A stretch of 64,000 bases of DNA from the human T2T-CHM13v2.0 reference genome, Homo sapiens. The position numbers were made by a program, and so were the translations under genes. A model generated the notes under the pieces. It was given only the letters and a program-made list of their open reading frames with translations. It was not told where the DNA came from and searched no databases. Position 1 is the stretch's first letter. Every line of letters starts with the position of its first letter. This document shows, in pieces, positions 30,551 to 45,283 of this stretch. The stretch lies in assembly GCF_009914755.1 (NCBI RefSeq), contig NC_060947.1; one strand, written 5' to 3'.

Positions 30551-30587
30551 ATGGCGTCTTCCGTGGGCAACGTGGCCGACAGCACAG
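30551..30587 (+). CDS. OGT: OGT exon 1 coding part (MASSVGNVADST)
   Basis: Matches the OGT N-terminus; donor CAG|GTACCG. Confidence 0.97.
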
Positions 30588-33379
30588 GTACCGGTGTCCC
30601 GTTCTACCTTGGCAGATGCCCCCTTGGGGTCTCGCGCCGTCCTCTACCTTGTATCACTCCTTCCCTCCCTTCCCTCGAACCATCCCCATTACATCAGTGA
30701 CATTGCTAAGCTTTTCGTGGTCTACTGGCATCTGATCACATCGGGTTTTCCGCTGTTGTCCGCTTCCCGAACATTTCCTCCTCCTCCCTTGCTTGCTTTT
30801 TGCTGCCTTTCTTGCTTTGTTTTTATTTCGTAAATGTTCTAGCATTCCACTCTCTCCAGGCGCTTTTATCACACGTGCGCGCTTAGAATGTCGTGGAATG
30901 GACTGCATTGGAATCCCTGCCCTTTCACTCCTTTGCAGCGGTTTTCTCCCCTAATTCCAGCTCATCGCCTCTCCTTTTTCCCCTCCATCTCCTCCTTCAT
31001 CTCCCCCCCCAGTCTTTTCCCCTTAGCCAGATTTGGTCCTTCTCTGCCAATCTAGGGCGGGGGTGCCGTTCCGATGTAATCATATCCTCACTTTGCATCA
31101 CCCGAGGACGATCAAAAGCTCGTCGATGGTGCCACAAGTCACCTCGAGAAGAGGGGACATTGAGCAGCACCCTGCTAGGCAGTGCCTTTCTGGTGTTCTT
31201 TCGGTTGAGCGGTCCCGGTTTAGATTGGAAATTTCCAGGGGTTTCCTTTGCCATCGCCCAATTCCACCGCTGCCCTCAGCCTGGATTTCCCACCCTGTCC
31301 GCGGGGAACCACACCCTTCCCTTCGCGAGGTTGCCAGCCCTGTTCACTTCCTATCCTTGGGGGAGAAACCACCCCGATGCTGCTGCTTTGGCGTTGACCA
31401 CCCTGCCCGCCCAATTCTCGCTTTGTGTTACTTTCTCGATGTATTCCTCCGCCGCCGCCTCTGGGTCTGCCATCCCCATTCTTCAGCCCAGTATCTCTTT
31501 ATTCACAGGGTGTAATATTCTTTTAAGTTTCCATCCCTGCTTGAAGAGTTTGTAAAGCAACTGGAGTGTAGCTGCACAAGTACAAGGCGGTTGCCCTTTT
31601 AGACACTTCAGTCGCGAGCATTTGGTACTGAAAATACGAAAACAACCAAATTGTAGGAGTGTCCTTCAGCTGCCTTTCCATATTGAGGCGATTTGGGCGG
31701 AAGGGGGTGGGGAATTGGGCTGCGCTTCTGAGGTTTCCCGCGAGGTTATTTTTTGGTTGTTTCTCAGTTGAGATGTGTGGAGGGTTTTAGCTACTGTTCC
31801 TGGAAGTTGTGCTGTAAGTAGTAGGTGAATCGTCAATAGTGTCTTATCCGTAATTGTAGGGAGTGGGATTAATAATTAGTCCGTGCTCCTCTCCCCACGT
31901 CTCCACCGTGATTTTCAAAGGTTTAAGATTCTGTACTGGATTCTGTACTAGCTTGCCCTTTTTAATGTGTTATTTATTTGAGAAAGCTGTCGTTTCAAGT
32001 GTTAAAATAGCAGATAAGCGGCATTGAAAAGTGACAAAGTAATGTGTGAAAACAAGGAGCTAGGAAGTTCTAGAGACTTAGCTAAAATGTAATTTTAGTT
32101 TCTATTAAAGATATAACCTCTCCCAGATGTGGATGCAAGTCTCAATGCTCTTTGTGTTGGTGGTCAGCTGTGCATTCTGTCAGGAAATTTACTTTGCTTT
32201 CCTCAGTATCCGGAACGCTCATCAGCTCTGATGATTGGGGAGCTGGGCTCAAATTTGAACTAGTCACCTTAACCTTGGTAGAATTAAATAATTTGTCCAT
32301 GGTTTCCCATTTCAACCAGCTAGTGAAGTGCTACGGTCGAATTCCCAGTTTAAGTATTTACAGTTGTGACAAGCAGTTTTTTTTTTTTTTTTTTCCCTCT
32401 CTGGGCTTTAGCTATATCCTTTAAAGATCTTTATGTATCTGGATTAAGTCACTTGCAGCGAAGTGCTTTTATTTATTCATTATGTTGCGCTTTATCAAAT
32501 ATATTTTAGCGTCCATCCTCCCTCCCTCCCAACGTTTTGACCATTGCAGTTGCAGGTAACTGCCTGGCTTATATAGGCTTGTTTGCAATGTCTTAATCCT
32601 TTAGTCAATACCAGAGCTGTTTGGAAAATGTTAGTGCTAAACCAACGTGGGTGGGATTTAGCCAATTTAGTCTCCTTTTGAGTTTGGGATGGTAGAGGAG
32701 CAGTGTAATCTTGGGTCTTTATTTAAAATGTTTGATGACCCCTTTAACTATTTTGGCTGTTGTCAAATGACAAACATCTTGTTTATCAGCTGTTTTAAAA
32801 ATAGCACTTTGACTTTTTGGTTTTTCCCTTAGGCTCGTTTCTACTTGTCCTTTTAAAGAATTAAATTCTGAAATATACAAAAATTGATATAATTTAAAGA
32901 ATTAACACATCTGGTGTCCTCACTGAGGTTAAGATTGATAGATTGTTACCAGTACTCCACCTCAACAAATCCAACCTGAAATATGGCACAAAATATTACG
33001 TTTCCCAATATGTTATTCTGATATTATTAAGTCTTTGTGACCTTGCAAATCACACGTTTAATATTTTGTTTCTGTATGTTAACTAAGGTATAAGGAATAA
33101 TGTTCAGTGAATCCTTAGATGCTACCTATGATTTATAATTTAAAAGTACAAAGTATTTTTGGTCATAAAATGTAATCTCATATGGAAGTAAATATTCCTT
33201 TCTAGTTTGGGAAAGAAAGTATTAATGGGTGAATTCTAAAAATGCCAATTCTGCACTTGATGTTAACTTGAAGATATACATAACGTGCAGAACACTCTAG
33301 TGCTTTACATAGTTTCAAGCATTTCCATTTTTAAGTTAAATATACCATATTTTTACATTTTTTTGGTTTACATTTCTAA

Positions 33380-33610
<231 letters not shown>

Positions 33611-34551
33611 TAGGAGATGTTGGGGTACCTGCTCGTGATTGCTGCCTCTGGGTGCTGAGCTTGAAAAATGATACTTAAATATTTGAACTTGAAATTTTTC
33701 CAGTACCGGGTTTCAACTGAGCCGCCAACGCACATCTGCTCTCTTGCCCACTTGTGACATGCCCAGCTGCCAGTTTTTCTCCTTCCTTTTGTGGTGGTGG
33801 TTATATTATCAGTATGACTAGGGACCTTTTCTAGATTTTTCTATCTGGGTCTGCTGCTTTCTAGACTCTGTTCAGGTAATAAATTATTATCAATGTATAT
33901 CTGAGCATCCAGTCTCCCTTTCATGAGACCTGTCAGTTTGAGGGACTGAAATGCTCAGAAATGATGGTTATGTATGCTGTGGCAGGAGATGCATACCTGG
34001 AGTTTCATTAAGTTGTTATGGTGTGTTGCTTTTAGTTAATCAGTTGAATTAATCAAAAGGGAAGAATTTGTGTTCCTGTCCTTTTAATAATTGTTATTCT
34101 GGCATATTTAGACACTTAAAGATGTGCATCATTAAATCTTAAATGGAAAATGAGACTCGTGCACATAGCTTTCCATTTTTTATCTTAATGATCATGATTT
34201 CCAATGTGGTGGGTTTTTTTTTTTTTTTTTTTTTTTGAGACGGAGTTTCGCTCTTGTTGCCTAGGCTGGAGTGCAGCGGCGCCATCTCGGCTCACTGCAA
34301 CTCTGCCTCCTGGGTTCAAGCGATTCTTCTGCCTCAGCCTCCTGAGTAGCTGGGATTACAGGCATGTGCCACCACGCCCAGCTAATTTTTGTATTTTTAG
34401 TAGAAACGGGGTTTCTCCATGTTGGTCAGGCTGGTCTCAAACTCCCGACCTCAGGTGATCTGCTCGCATTGGCTTCCCAAAGTGCTGGGATTACAGACAT
34501 CAGCCACCGCGCCCGGCCAATGTGGTAGTTTTGTAACAAGACTCTAGTTAG

Positions 34552-34680
<129 letters not shown>

Positions 34681-34719
34681 TAGTTGAGATTACAGGCGCC
34701 TGCCATCATGCGTGGCTAA

Positions 34720-34962
<243 letters not shown>

Positions 34963-35079
34963 TAAGGTATTATATAATGAGCAATAGCACAGATCTCAAA
35001 CTGTTTGAGTTGCATATGGGCCATACCTTCTTTTCTGTAACGTGCATACCCATGCATTAACACTTGTCGCCTTTTCCAG

Positions 35080-35323
35080 ATCTGCTCACTTTAGCACTCT
35101 GGCAATTAAACAGAACCCCCTTCTGGCAGAAGCTTATTCGAATTTGGGGAATGTGTACAAGGAAAGAGGGCAGTTGCAGGAGGCAATTGAGCATTATCGA
35201 CATGCATTGCGTCTCAAACCTGATTTCATCGATGGTTATATTAACCTGGCAGCCGCCTTGGTAGCAGCGGGTGACATGGAAGGGGCAGTACAAGCTTACG
35301 TCTCTGCTCTTCAGTACAATCCT
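35080..35323 (+). CDS. OGT: OGT exon 3 (TPR repeats)
   Basis: [30 protein letters not shown]...ALQYNP; CAG| and |GTGAGT. Confidence 0.97.
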
Positions 35324-37861
35324 GTGAGTAAAATTTTAATGGTTACTTTCCCTTCCTAGAAACCCAGAAAGAAACATAGTGTGATATTTCAGACACTAAA
35401 GTAGGTTTTCACATGGAATAAAGTCAAAAGTTTAGAAATGCGTATGTACTTAAAATGGTGAAATTGCTTTTAGCTGGTCTGCGTTATGCTAAAATATTTG
35501 TTTTATTTAGCAAGTTATATTAAAAAGCATAAAAATTCTTATTGCAAGAAACTACATCAATTTTAAAATAACACGTATAAAGTACAGAGCACATGACTTT
35601 TTTCTGTTGTGATTAACTTTGGATAAATTCTGATAAGTGTTTGCAAGTTAATTGATTTTCAAGGAATGGTGGATAATGGGTCTTAATCTGTAAAATCTGT
35701 AATATAAAATAGTTTGAAACAAGATGCCACTATATGGAATGATGTGAAAATTAGGCTACAAAATTTCTTCCTCAATATCCTATTCTCTTCTCTTTCAATG
35801 TAATTAGAAGTCATAGAATTTAGATGATACTACTTATACTGGGCTTTTGATTAGTTTAAAAATTTTTTTTGTCTAAGTTGCAGATGTGTTCTGGGAACAA
35901 GTAAGGCTCAGCTGGCAGACCTTAAATTCATACTGTGTTTAGGATCTCCGAAAGATACAAAAACATAAGACTTTCCCTCAGAACTTATGATGTAGTTAGA
36001 GAAAGTAGATGTAAACTTAAGAGGTAAATGATAGTGGGGTTATAGAAATCTAGAAAAAGTTCCCAAGTTACATTGTCAACATTCAGTTTTGTAACCAACC
36101 TGGAAATGGCTAATAGTTTATTTTAGCTACCGTTTACTGAAAGTCTGTGTGGTCAGACACTCTACTGACAGCTTTAAATGATTGGTCTTAGTTAATCCTC
36201 ACAATAATTCTTCAAAATAGATGATATTATTTCTGATTTTTATCAATTAAAAAAAAACCATGGACTCAGGGTTATGTGGCTTTCATGGGGACAAAGCTAG
36301 TAATGAAGTATTAATAGATATTAAAACCTGAGTCTGAATATCCTCAAAGCAAATGTTGAAGTGAAAAGAAATAAAAGTGGGATGATGTGCCCAGAGGGCA
36401 CTCACCCATCAAAGCAGCCCTTGAGCACAGTTAAAAAACCATTGATCATATTTTGCTGTCCCTTATTTTTTGGTTAGGAAACTGAAACTAAATTTAGTAG
36501 TTTGTTCAAAGATCCGAAGTCACTTCTCATGATGATATCTATTAACAATTTTTGTAGTTAATTTTGAGAGTTTAAACGTGTCCTTTTTAGAAAATCCATT
36601 GCTTTAAAAAACATTTTTTTTTAAGAGATGGAGTCTTGCTATGTTGCCCAGGCTGTACTCATACTCCTGGGCTCAAGCAGTCCTCCTGCCTCAGCCTCCA
36701 GAGTAGCTGGGACTATAGGTGTGTGCCACCACACCCAGCTTCTAAATTTATTGGTTTTTGAATGGATACAGTGAATACCTCCAGTTAGCACTCTTGGAGG
36801 TAGCAAATGAAACTAATTTCTTGTCTATCTTTTCTGAGACACTCAGTGTATATATATGTACATTTGAGTGACTTTTTGTAAGTTTTATTGCAATACTAAT
36901 CTAGCTAGTTACCCACATAAAGTTTTAGGGAGCCTGGTATGTACTGCCACTGGGCCTTGGACCCCATTTTTCCCAGGGCTCAGGGCTCACCTCTGTACCC
37001 AGTTGTCACAGTAAGTTCTTTACCTTTATTAATCAGGTTGATTCTACTCTTATTGATAGTGTACCCTCTTACACAGCTGTGGTTCTTGCCATCTTTAACT
37101 CTAATGCCCTTGGCTCAGGTTTCCAGTTGCCTATGTGTGTAGCAGAGCAGTCATTGCTACTGATAGTGTACCCAAGCAGTAGGACTATGCTGAGAAGGAA
37201 AACTAAAGTGAGAGATGGAACCTTGCTATTTAATATCTAACCTGCTGTTAGCAGGAAGCTTATTGTTGTACCCTACCAAGGAAGTGAGATAGTACTAAAA
37301 TAAATCATGGGATTACCTCTTGAATGCATTGAATGGCCATGTGTTGTCATCTGGTTCTATGTTTCTTCTAGTGGAAGGTGCTGCTTTACTTATTTATTAC
37401 TGTTTTTACCAATAAGAATGAAAATGGGATTGTGCAAGTTCCCTTGATTTCAACTAAACATGCCATAGTGATCATATTTTAATTTATTTCAGGATATCTA
37501 AAGTCTTAACTAGATTTAAACTTACTGTCAAATGCCCGTTGTCAGTTCAGTACTGGTAGAACCTTGCGTCTGTTCCTTATGTTCTTGTTGACAGTGCTTA
37601 AATGCATCATTAGTACATTGTGTACCTGAATCATAGATGTAGTTGGCATTCTATGAAAAATGGTTAAAGAAACTCAGGTTATTTTGGTTTTGCAGCAGTG
37701 AAAGAGTAGAATGTTAAGGTGGTATCTTTGGTAACCTTGGTAACTGTTTTCAACAGTGTTTATCTTTTTAAGTTAATAGATATGTCAATTTAGAAGTTGT
37801 TCTCTGTGACTTGATTATAGAAATTATCTTTGAGACAGCTATCTCATTTTTTTCATTCTGA

Positions 37862-38266
<405 letters not shown>

Positions 38267-38555
38267 TGACAGCACATGTTCTTTGACATGGTGACTCACT
38301 AGAGTTGCCTATACCTGGCAATTCCTTTTGCAAATTATGTATAAAATTGTCCTTTCTGTAACGGCTATAACCCTGAGTTGTTTTAAACAGGTCTGTTTCT
38401 GAATCTATAGGTTGTTGAATTGTTGCTTGTGCTTTGATTGTGGATGCACAGAATGGAGAGCTGCTGGCATCCTGGCCATCATGTGTGTTCCTGTCATGTT
38501 ATTTGTTACTTGTTACTGCTGAGCCTCTCTTATACAGCTGCACTGTAGAAAACCA

Positions 38556-38624
38556 TATATTTCGATTCTTCTCTGTTCTGCTTTCTGTTGTATATTTCGA
38601 TTCTTCTCTGTTCTGCTTTTTGTT
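38556..38624. repeat. 35-bp tandem duplication in intron 3
   Basis: TATATTTCGATTCTTCTCTGTTCTGCTTT at 38556 and 38591. Confidence 0.9.
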
Positions 38625-40984
38625 AAGGTTGCTGTGCAAATGTCACATTTAAATATGTGAGTGCTTATTGTGCATACAATGCTTTGTTAGGAAATGGGGA
38701 GATGTGTTGTGGGGGAAGTTGCGGGTTATAATATAAGACAGGACCTGACCCGTAAAGGAAAAAATGGTGTAAGTTCCTTGGATGATAATTGTTGGAGAGT
38801 ATTAATCAGAAGATTTCCTCGAGTGGGTGCTTATGACCTAAGCATTCTGTAGGAAGGTAAATAGCAAGTAGACTTCCTTGGCTGAAGTGGTGAGTCAAGT
38901 AGTAACAAGAAGTGAATGTAGTAGAGGAGAGTCAATTGGAAGATTTATAAAGAATAGAGAGGCTGAGGAGTTTGAATTTAATTTGAGAGGCAATTGAGAA
39001 TTACTGTAGGTTTTTATCGACCTGATTTTACTTCATATGTATGTACGTGTCTAGATGTTGTGGCTGGTGGGGGTGGGAGGCTCTAGGAGGAAAGGCAGGA
39101 AACTGATGCAATCTTAGGAGAAATAGTTCTACAGGAAAATCTTGCTCATTTCTATCTCCTTTTATTCTCACGATTTTCCCTTGTATACAGTGCCCTCCTC
39201 CTTTGTCTATTAAAACCCTACTCATCCTTCAAGGCCCAGCTTAAACTTCTCTTATGAGCTCATCATCTAGTTCTCTTAAAATTCTTTACTACTGAGTGGG
39301 CATTTAGTGTGTGCCTTGTCTTTTCACATAGATTGTAAGCCCCTTGATGATAAGGATTCTATATCTTTTCCCTATAGTTCCAGGCATGTTATTGAATTGA
39401 GTAACAGTTTGCCTGAAATGTATTAACCTGGGATGGATAAAATGGGCTAGTTTTGAGAAATATAATTGTCAAAAACATTTTGATTTGACAGATGAAGCAG
39501 AAGTGATGTCTTGGGTTTTGAACTTTTGGGAGAATGGTGGTGCCCGTGCGTTTTCTAGAAATTAGCTGTTCATGCACATAGGTTTGGATCCCCAAACAGG
39601 AGAATTGGATTTCACCGTTACATTTAATATGATGTTTTAGCTTTTCCTAAAACTGCCTTATTGATTATCTTATAGTAATCTTGAAGATAATGTATTTTTA
39701 ACTATGAGCATTGTGTTAACTTGATATAGTATACTGTAATGGATCTAGATGATAACAAAATATAGATATGCTGTCAGGACTTAAGTGGCATCCATCCAAG
39801 AGTTCATAGAAACTAGAGGGTAATAAAATTACGCAACAGCTGGCTACTATGTATGGCCATTACAGTCATTGTTGGAGAATTATTGCAAGACTTCTGATTA
39901 TTATGACTTAGAAAAGGCATAGGAATTGGTAAAAGTCCAAACATGTATAACCACAATTATCAAGTAGTAGAAGGAGCTTGTATGCATGGATTGGATTATG
40001 CAGTCATGGTCTGCCAAAACAGGGGTAACCCTTTCAGTTTAGAAAAAAACATAACCATACAAAGTAGATAGCAAGATTATATAATTCATTACTTCTGAGA
40101 GTATAGTGTTAAAAAGTGCTCAGGCTAATTAGAGGAGAAGTCAAATAAGATTAATGGTACCTTTGATGTTTTGAGGATTAGTATTAGCCTTTTGTGCTTG
40201 AAGTGATGGGAGACAACCTTACTCTCTAGAACATCAGTCATTGCTTGAAGGACAGTATTGAGTCAGGGAGATGATGGAACTGACCCAGTATGGCTGACCG
40301 TAAGATTGTTGTGTGGCAGCCTGTACTTTGTTGGCAGACTTTTTGGTTCACCTGATGGATGATACTATACAACCACAAAAGCTGTTTATCAGTAGAATTA
40401 AGTGATTTTGGAAACCATAATATAGTTCCAGAGCAAATCATATATATGATGATTTTTCGGCACAGTTGACAAAATTTCACTTTCTAGGACTTAAGTCTCT
40501 TTCACCCATGGAACAGTTTGGAATAATAAGCATACTTCCTGTTGTCATTGTTTCTGCCTGTTGACTGGTAGATGTGACTGACAATGGCAAAATAGGGCAA
40601 ATAAAAATTTAAGCTCACTGTTGTGATGAGTGTCTCATCCAGATGAATGGACTGATGAGTCAGATGACTAGCAGCACAATTGAGCTGCTAATAAAAAGCA
40701 GAGTCAACTGCTTTTCATTATTCACCCACTCAACTCTAATGGCACTTAATACTAATGAGTAATCTAGTGGCAGGTGCCAGGATTGAGGCTTTGGTTGGAT
40801 AATTCTTCTGCCCGATAGTGAAATGAAGTCAGAGTTTCTAAATATGCCTGACAGCCTAAGGGTAGGTTTGCTCATAGGTAGTCATTTGCTAAATATGTTT
40901 TTTTCCACTCTGGAAAATTTTCGGTCCTTGATACAGAAGTGATTCATCATAACCTTGAATAACATAGTTGGACAAATATTTGAG

Positions 40985-41044
<60 letters not shown>

Positions 41045-41817
41045 TTCCTTTTTTTTTTGAGACAAGAGTCTCTGTCGCCCAGGCTGGAGTGCAGTGGCAC
41101 GATCTCGGCTAACTGCAGTCACTGCCTCCTGGGTTCAACCGATTCTCCTGCTTAAGCCTCCCAAATAGCTGGGATTACAGGCACACGCCACCATGCCCAG
41201 CTAATTTCATATTTTTAGTAGAGATGGGGTTTCGCCATGTTGGCCAGGTTGATCTCGAACTCCTGACCTCAGGTGATCCTCCCACCTCGCCCTCCCAAAG
41301 TGTGGGGATTACAGGCATGAGCCACCACGCCCGGCCTGATATATATATTTTTAATGTGACTGACATTTGGGGAGGAGAGAAAGAAGCTCTAGTAAGGTCC
41401 CATAGTATTTTATGTGAAGCTAATGGGGCCAAATGCATTTCAACATTCAGAATTTTTAGGATATTAGAAAGATAATACCATATATAAAACACCCAGAAAA
41501 GTCTGGAGCAGCACCTTTTAGTAAAACACATTTATATTTCTGCAGCAAAAGACAGTATTCATACTAAGTGAGATAATTAAATTCTATAAATAGTTTCATG
41601 TCACCTCAAGTCAGGTTTAACCCTCAAATGAGTTTTTGGAACTTTTTGGGATTTGGAATTGTGGATGAGGGGTTGTGGTCCTGCACTGAAGTTTGTCAGG
41701 CAGTATCTTTAGTTGATAGAATAAAATGGCAGGGAGCTAGATGCTTAAAAGTGATTTCAAGATATTTTTAATTGACAAAGCAGAGTATAATTAATGACAG
41801 CGTCTCTGGGTTTCTAG

Positions 41818-41886
41818 GATTTGTACTGTGTTCGCAGTGACCTGGGGAACCTGCTCAAAGCCCTGGGTCGCTTGGAAGAAGCCAAG
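41818..41886 (+). CDS. OGT: OGT exon 4
   Basis: DLYCVRSDLGNLLKALGRLEEAK; TAG| and |GTAGGT. Confidence 0.97.
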
Positions 41887-43594
41887 GTAGGTGTTTGATA
41901 GAACACATTTAAACATCAGTATTATGAAAACTTGTACTTTTTGCCAAGTCTTCAACTCTTCATTGAGCTATCTTCACAAAACAGTCCTTTGAAACTGAGG
42001 AAAACTGACGGCACGAATCGCCTCAGAATAGAGCAGGGCCAGGCTTTGGCATATCTGTTCTAAATCTGGGGGTAAAGCAAGAACCTGAACATTTTGGAGC
42101 CTTTCTGCTGAGCTAGACCATCTTTATAACACTGGGCTCCGTCATGATCTTATGTGGGAATAAATAACATTCCTTCAAATCTGAGGCTTGCCTGCTGGTG
42201 ACAAGCAGAGCGCCTGTGATTTGGCTCAAGACTCCTATATGATGCAGGTGCCATTGAAAATGCTGCTCTTCTAAGTCCTTTGTGGCTTGTAAGTGGAGAA
42301 GAATTTCATCCAAATGTTACCCTGTAATACTGGCATTTAAAATTCTTATTTAACCTTCCTCCCTTCATCTTCCTCACCCTTTTTACAGTGGAAGAAAGGC
42401 TGTTAAAATGATTACAAATTAATAATTGGAACATCCTGTCCCTTGTCCCCACTCCCTTCCCAAGTTCCTTTTTCCTCTTTTCCAATCCTAGTTGTCTACC
42501 TTCTTTTCTTCCTCATTTCCTTCTTTTATTCCTCCCCACCCCAACCCCTTAAAAAAAAGGTCAGAAGGACAAAGCTGGTTTGTTTGGGAAATGGACTGAT
42601 CGAAAGAAAACTTGCCAAAGTGGAAAGGTGGCTTTTAGCATTCTGTGTTTCCAAATAATGAATTTGAACACCAGGTTGGGTTAATTAAAGCTTTTGGTAT
42701 AATTTAAAATTAAATTTATAAATGCAGTTGTCTTGTTACAAGCCACCTTACGCAACCGCGCTGCAGGGGTGAGGAGTGGGGAGAAACCAGAATGCTTCTG
42801 AAACTCCCACCTGTTGCTCTGAGCCCCACGCGCATGCTAATGCGTGGAGTGTATGCGCAGAGTAGCTGTCTGTTTGACTGCTTCATCCAGGGAGGGAGAA
42901 GGCTTTTCAGCACCATCTAATGTTTTAAAAGGCACTAGTTTTAAGTGCACAGCTCATAAATTCTGCTGACATTTTGGATTAACCTTATGTAGGTTGCCAG
43001 CTAATGAATTGTAATTGATTTCAATCTTAGCTGATAAATCTAATTGGTAATTTATAGAACAAATATTTGATAAGCTCCTATTAATTGTCACCCCACCAAG
43101 CGGACAGCTAACATGAATTGCACTTCACTGCAGCTTTAGAGATCGGTTTAGGCTGAGACATTGCGCCTGCCTTAGGTTGCTGACTTCTTTATTTCAGAGC
43201 TCTGGAGACACCTAGTTTGAAAAATGTTATTCTGTTTTTTTGTGAGAACTTAGTAAACAAGAAAATACTCTTGAGTGAAATGCAATGTATTTCTTTTGTA
43301 ATCAGTGCATTTGAAAATTCAAGCCAGCATATTCCTAGTAGATGGAAGCAAAATTAAGTTGTCTTTGTAGAAAATGAAGAGCCTTTCTTCCAGCAAAAAT
43401 CCCTGCTGTATGCAATAGCCCTGATTAACCCTCTCCCTTCTGCATGTTTCCCATATTACAGACTTGAGACTGTCCTCATTCCCATATGTAATAGACATCC
43501 AAAGAATTTCAATTGCTTTGTTGAACTTTTACTAATGATCTTGTTTTTATTTTCTCTCTTGTTTTTGGTTTTTCACCATTGATATTGTATTTAG

Positions 43595-43740
43595 AAGGTT
43601 TCAGGTGGGTGAAACCTCCTATTCCATGCGTAAGGTGCCTCGCTGAAGGGAGCTCGAGGCCTGGATCTAGGGCAGACACACAACCTCCTCCTCCTCTTCC
43701 AGCAAGGAACGCACCGAAAAGTCACATGATGAGAAATATG
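43595..43740 (+). other. Candidate decoy/poison exon in intron 4
   Basis: Branch-like TACTAAT 43530-43536, pyrimidine tract, AGs ending at 43594/43597/43604, weak donors at 43605, 43630, 43635 and 43741; in-frame TGA at 43610. Confidence 0.6.
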
Positions 43741-44536
43741 GTAACGGGTTTGTAACTGCCACAGCAAAACAATTTGCCTCCATGCCTGAATCTTCTGTCT
43801 TGTGGCTTCAGAAACAGCTTAAAATAATTTTATTTACAAGCAAGTTATGTAAGAGAATGTTTTATACTATAGCCACAATTCTGTCAAAGATAAGTAAAAG
43901 TTAATTGATATTAAAAATTATTAGAGATAATTTACTTAGTAAAAGCTTCTAACTCTTCTTGTTGTTCATTTTTTTTCCTTTTTTCTTCTTTGTTTGGATT
44001 GCAGCATTCTGCTCTTCTGATGATGCGCTGTGACCCTGCAGTAGCGCAAAGGCTGCGCAGCGTTAATGCGCATTGCGTGCGAATGAACCCCTGTGAACGG
44101 TTGACTAGATGAGTAATCTGATTGACTGGCTCCCTCAGTCCTATTCTGTAGCCTTTTTGGATAAAATTGGGTTTTAACATACCTCGAGTCCAACTAATCT
44201 CATTAAACAAATATTCTCCATGGGCCTGTCTAGTAGATTAATGGATCTGGTTGGCCGTTTGCTGCGTCTAGGGGTGTTCTATGTAGCGCAGCAGTTCGCA
44301 GCGATTGCGCAGTGCGATGCTGTTAGGTTGCGCAAGCGATGTTTGCGCTCGCATTACAGGGACCTCAACCTAGGTGCAATCCTGTCATGTGAGGTTTCAG
44401 CTTCAGTCCTCCTTGGGAGACGGGGCATTGTGAGAATGTAACTTAAAGCCTGGCTTTATGATATCCTACTTGGCAGAAAGACATTTTTCTCCTCAGTAGC
44501 ATAGTTTTGATGTTAGTGAGGAACATTGTTGAAGAG

Positions 44537-44752
44537 CAGCATTTCCCAAAATGTGTTTCATAGTATTCTAATAAAATGCCCAATGAAAGAAGAGTTCCAT
44601 GGTCAACTAAGTTCAGGGAACCCTGTTACACTATTAAAGGCTTAGGGAAGTCCAGTAAAGAAACCTATTTTCCGAATTTATTTGATCATGAACTCCTTTT
44701 TTTTTCAGCCATACCTCTTAACACCTCATAGAACACACTTTGGGAAACAGTG
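44537..44752. mobile_element. Ancient hAT-Charlie type MITE (MER5/MER112-like) in intron 4
   Basis: Terminal inverted repeats TTTCCCAAAATGTGTT (44542-44557) and AACACACTTTGGGAAA (44732-44747), 15 of 16 complementary. Confidence 0.6.
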
Positions 44753-44917
44753 GGGGTAGGAAAACTCGGCCTCAAGTTGCGCCCTCTAGGTAGCACTTGA
44801 AAACATGACAAGGGCCCGTAGTTGTTTGGATAAGAGAACTCCAGCATAGAGCCTTATAGCAACTGACTTCCCAGTTAAGTCCCAGTGTAAGGGTTGGTCT
44901 TTGGTTGGCAGAACTGA

Positions 44918-45283
<366 letters not shown>

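Noticed and set aside
30893-31555. 220-aa and 160-aa ORFs in OGT intron 1
   Set aside because: Non-ATG starts and a low-complexity Ser/Pro/Leu composition expected from GC- and pyrimidine-rich DNA; no homology recognised
44017-44121. Box C (TGATGA) to box D (CTGA) spacing resembling a C/D snoRNA
   Set aside because: No terminal stem or clear C'/D' boxes; the segment is better explained as the left arm of the long-range duplex
43932-44441. Short ORFs on both strands within intron 4
   Set aside because: No domain similarity; a consequence of local GC richness
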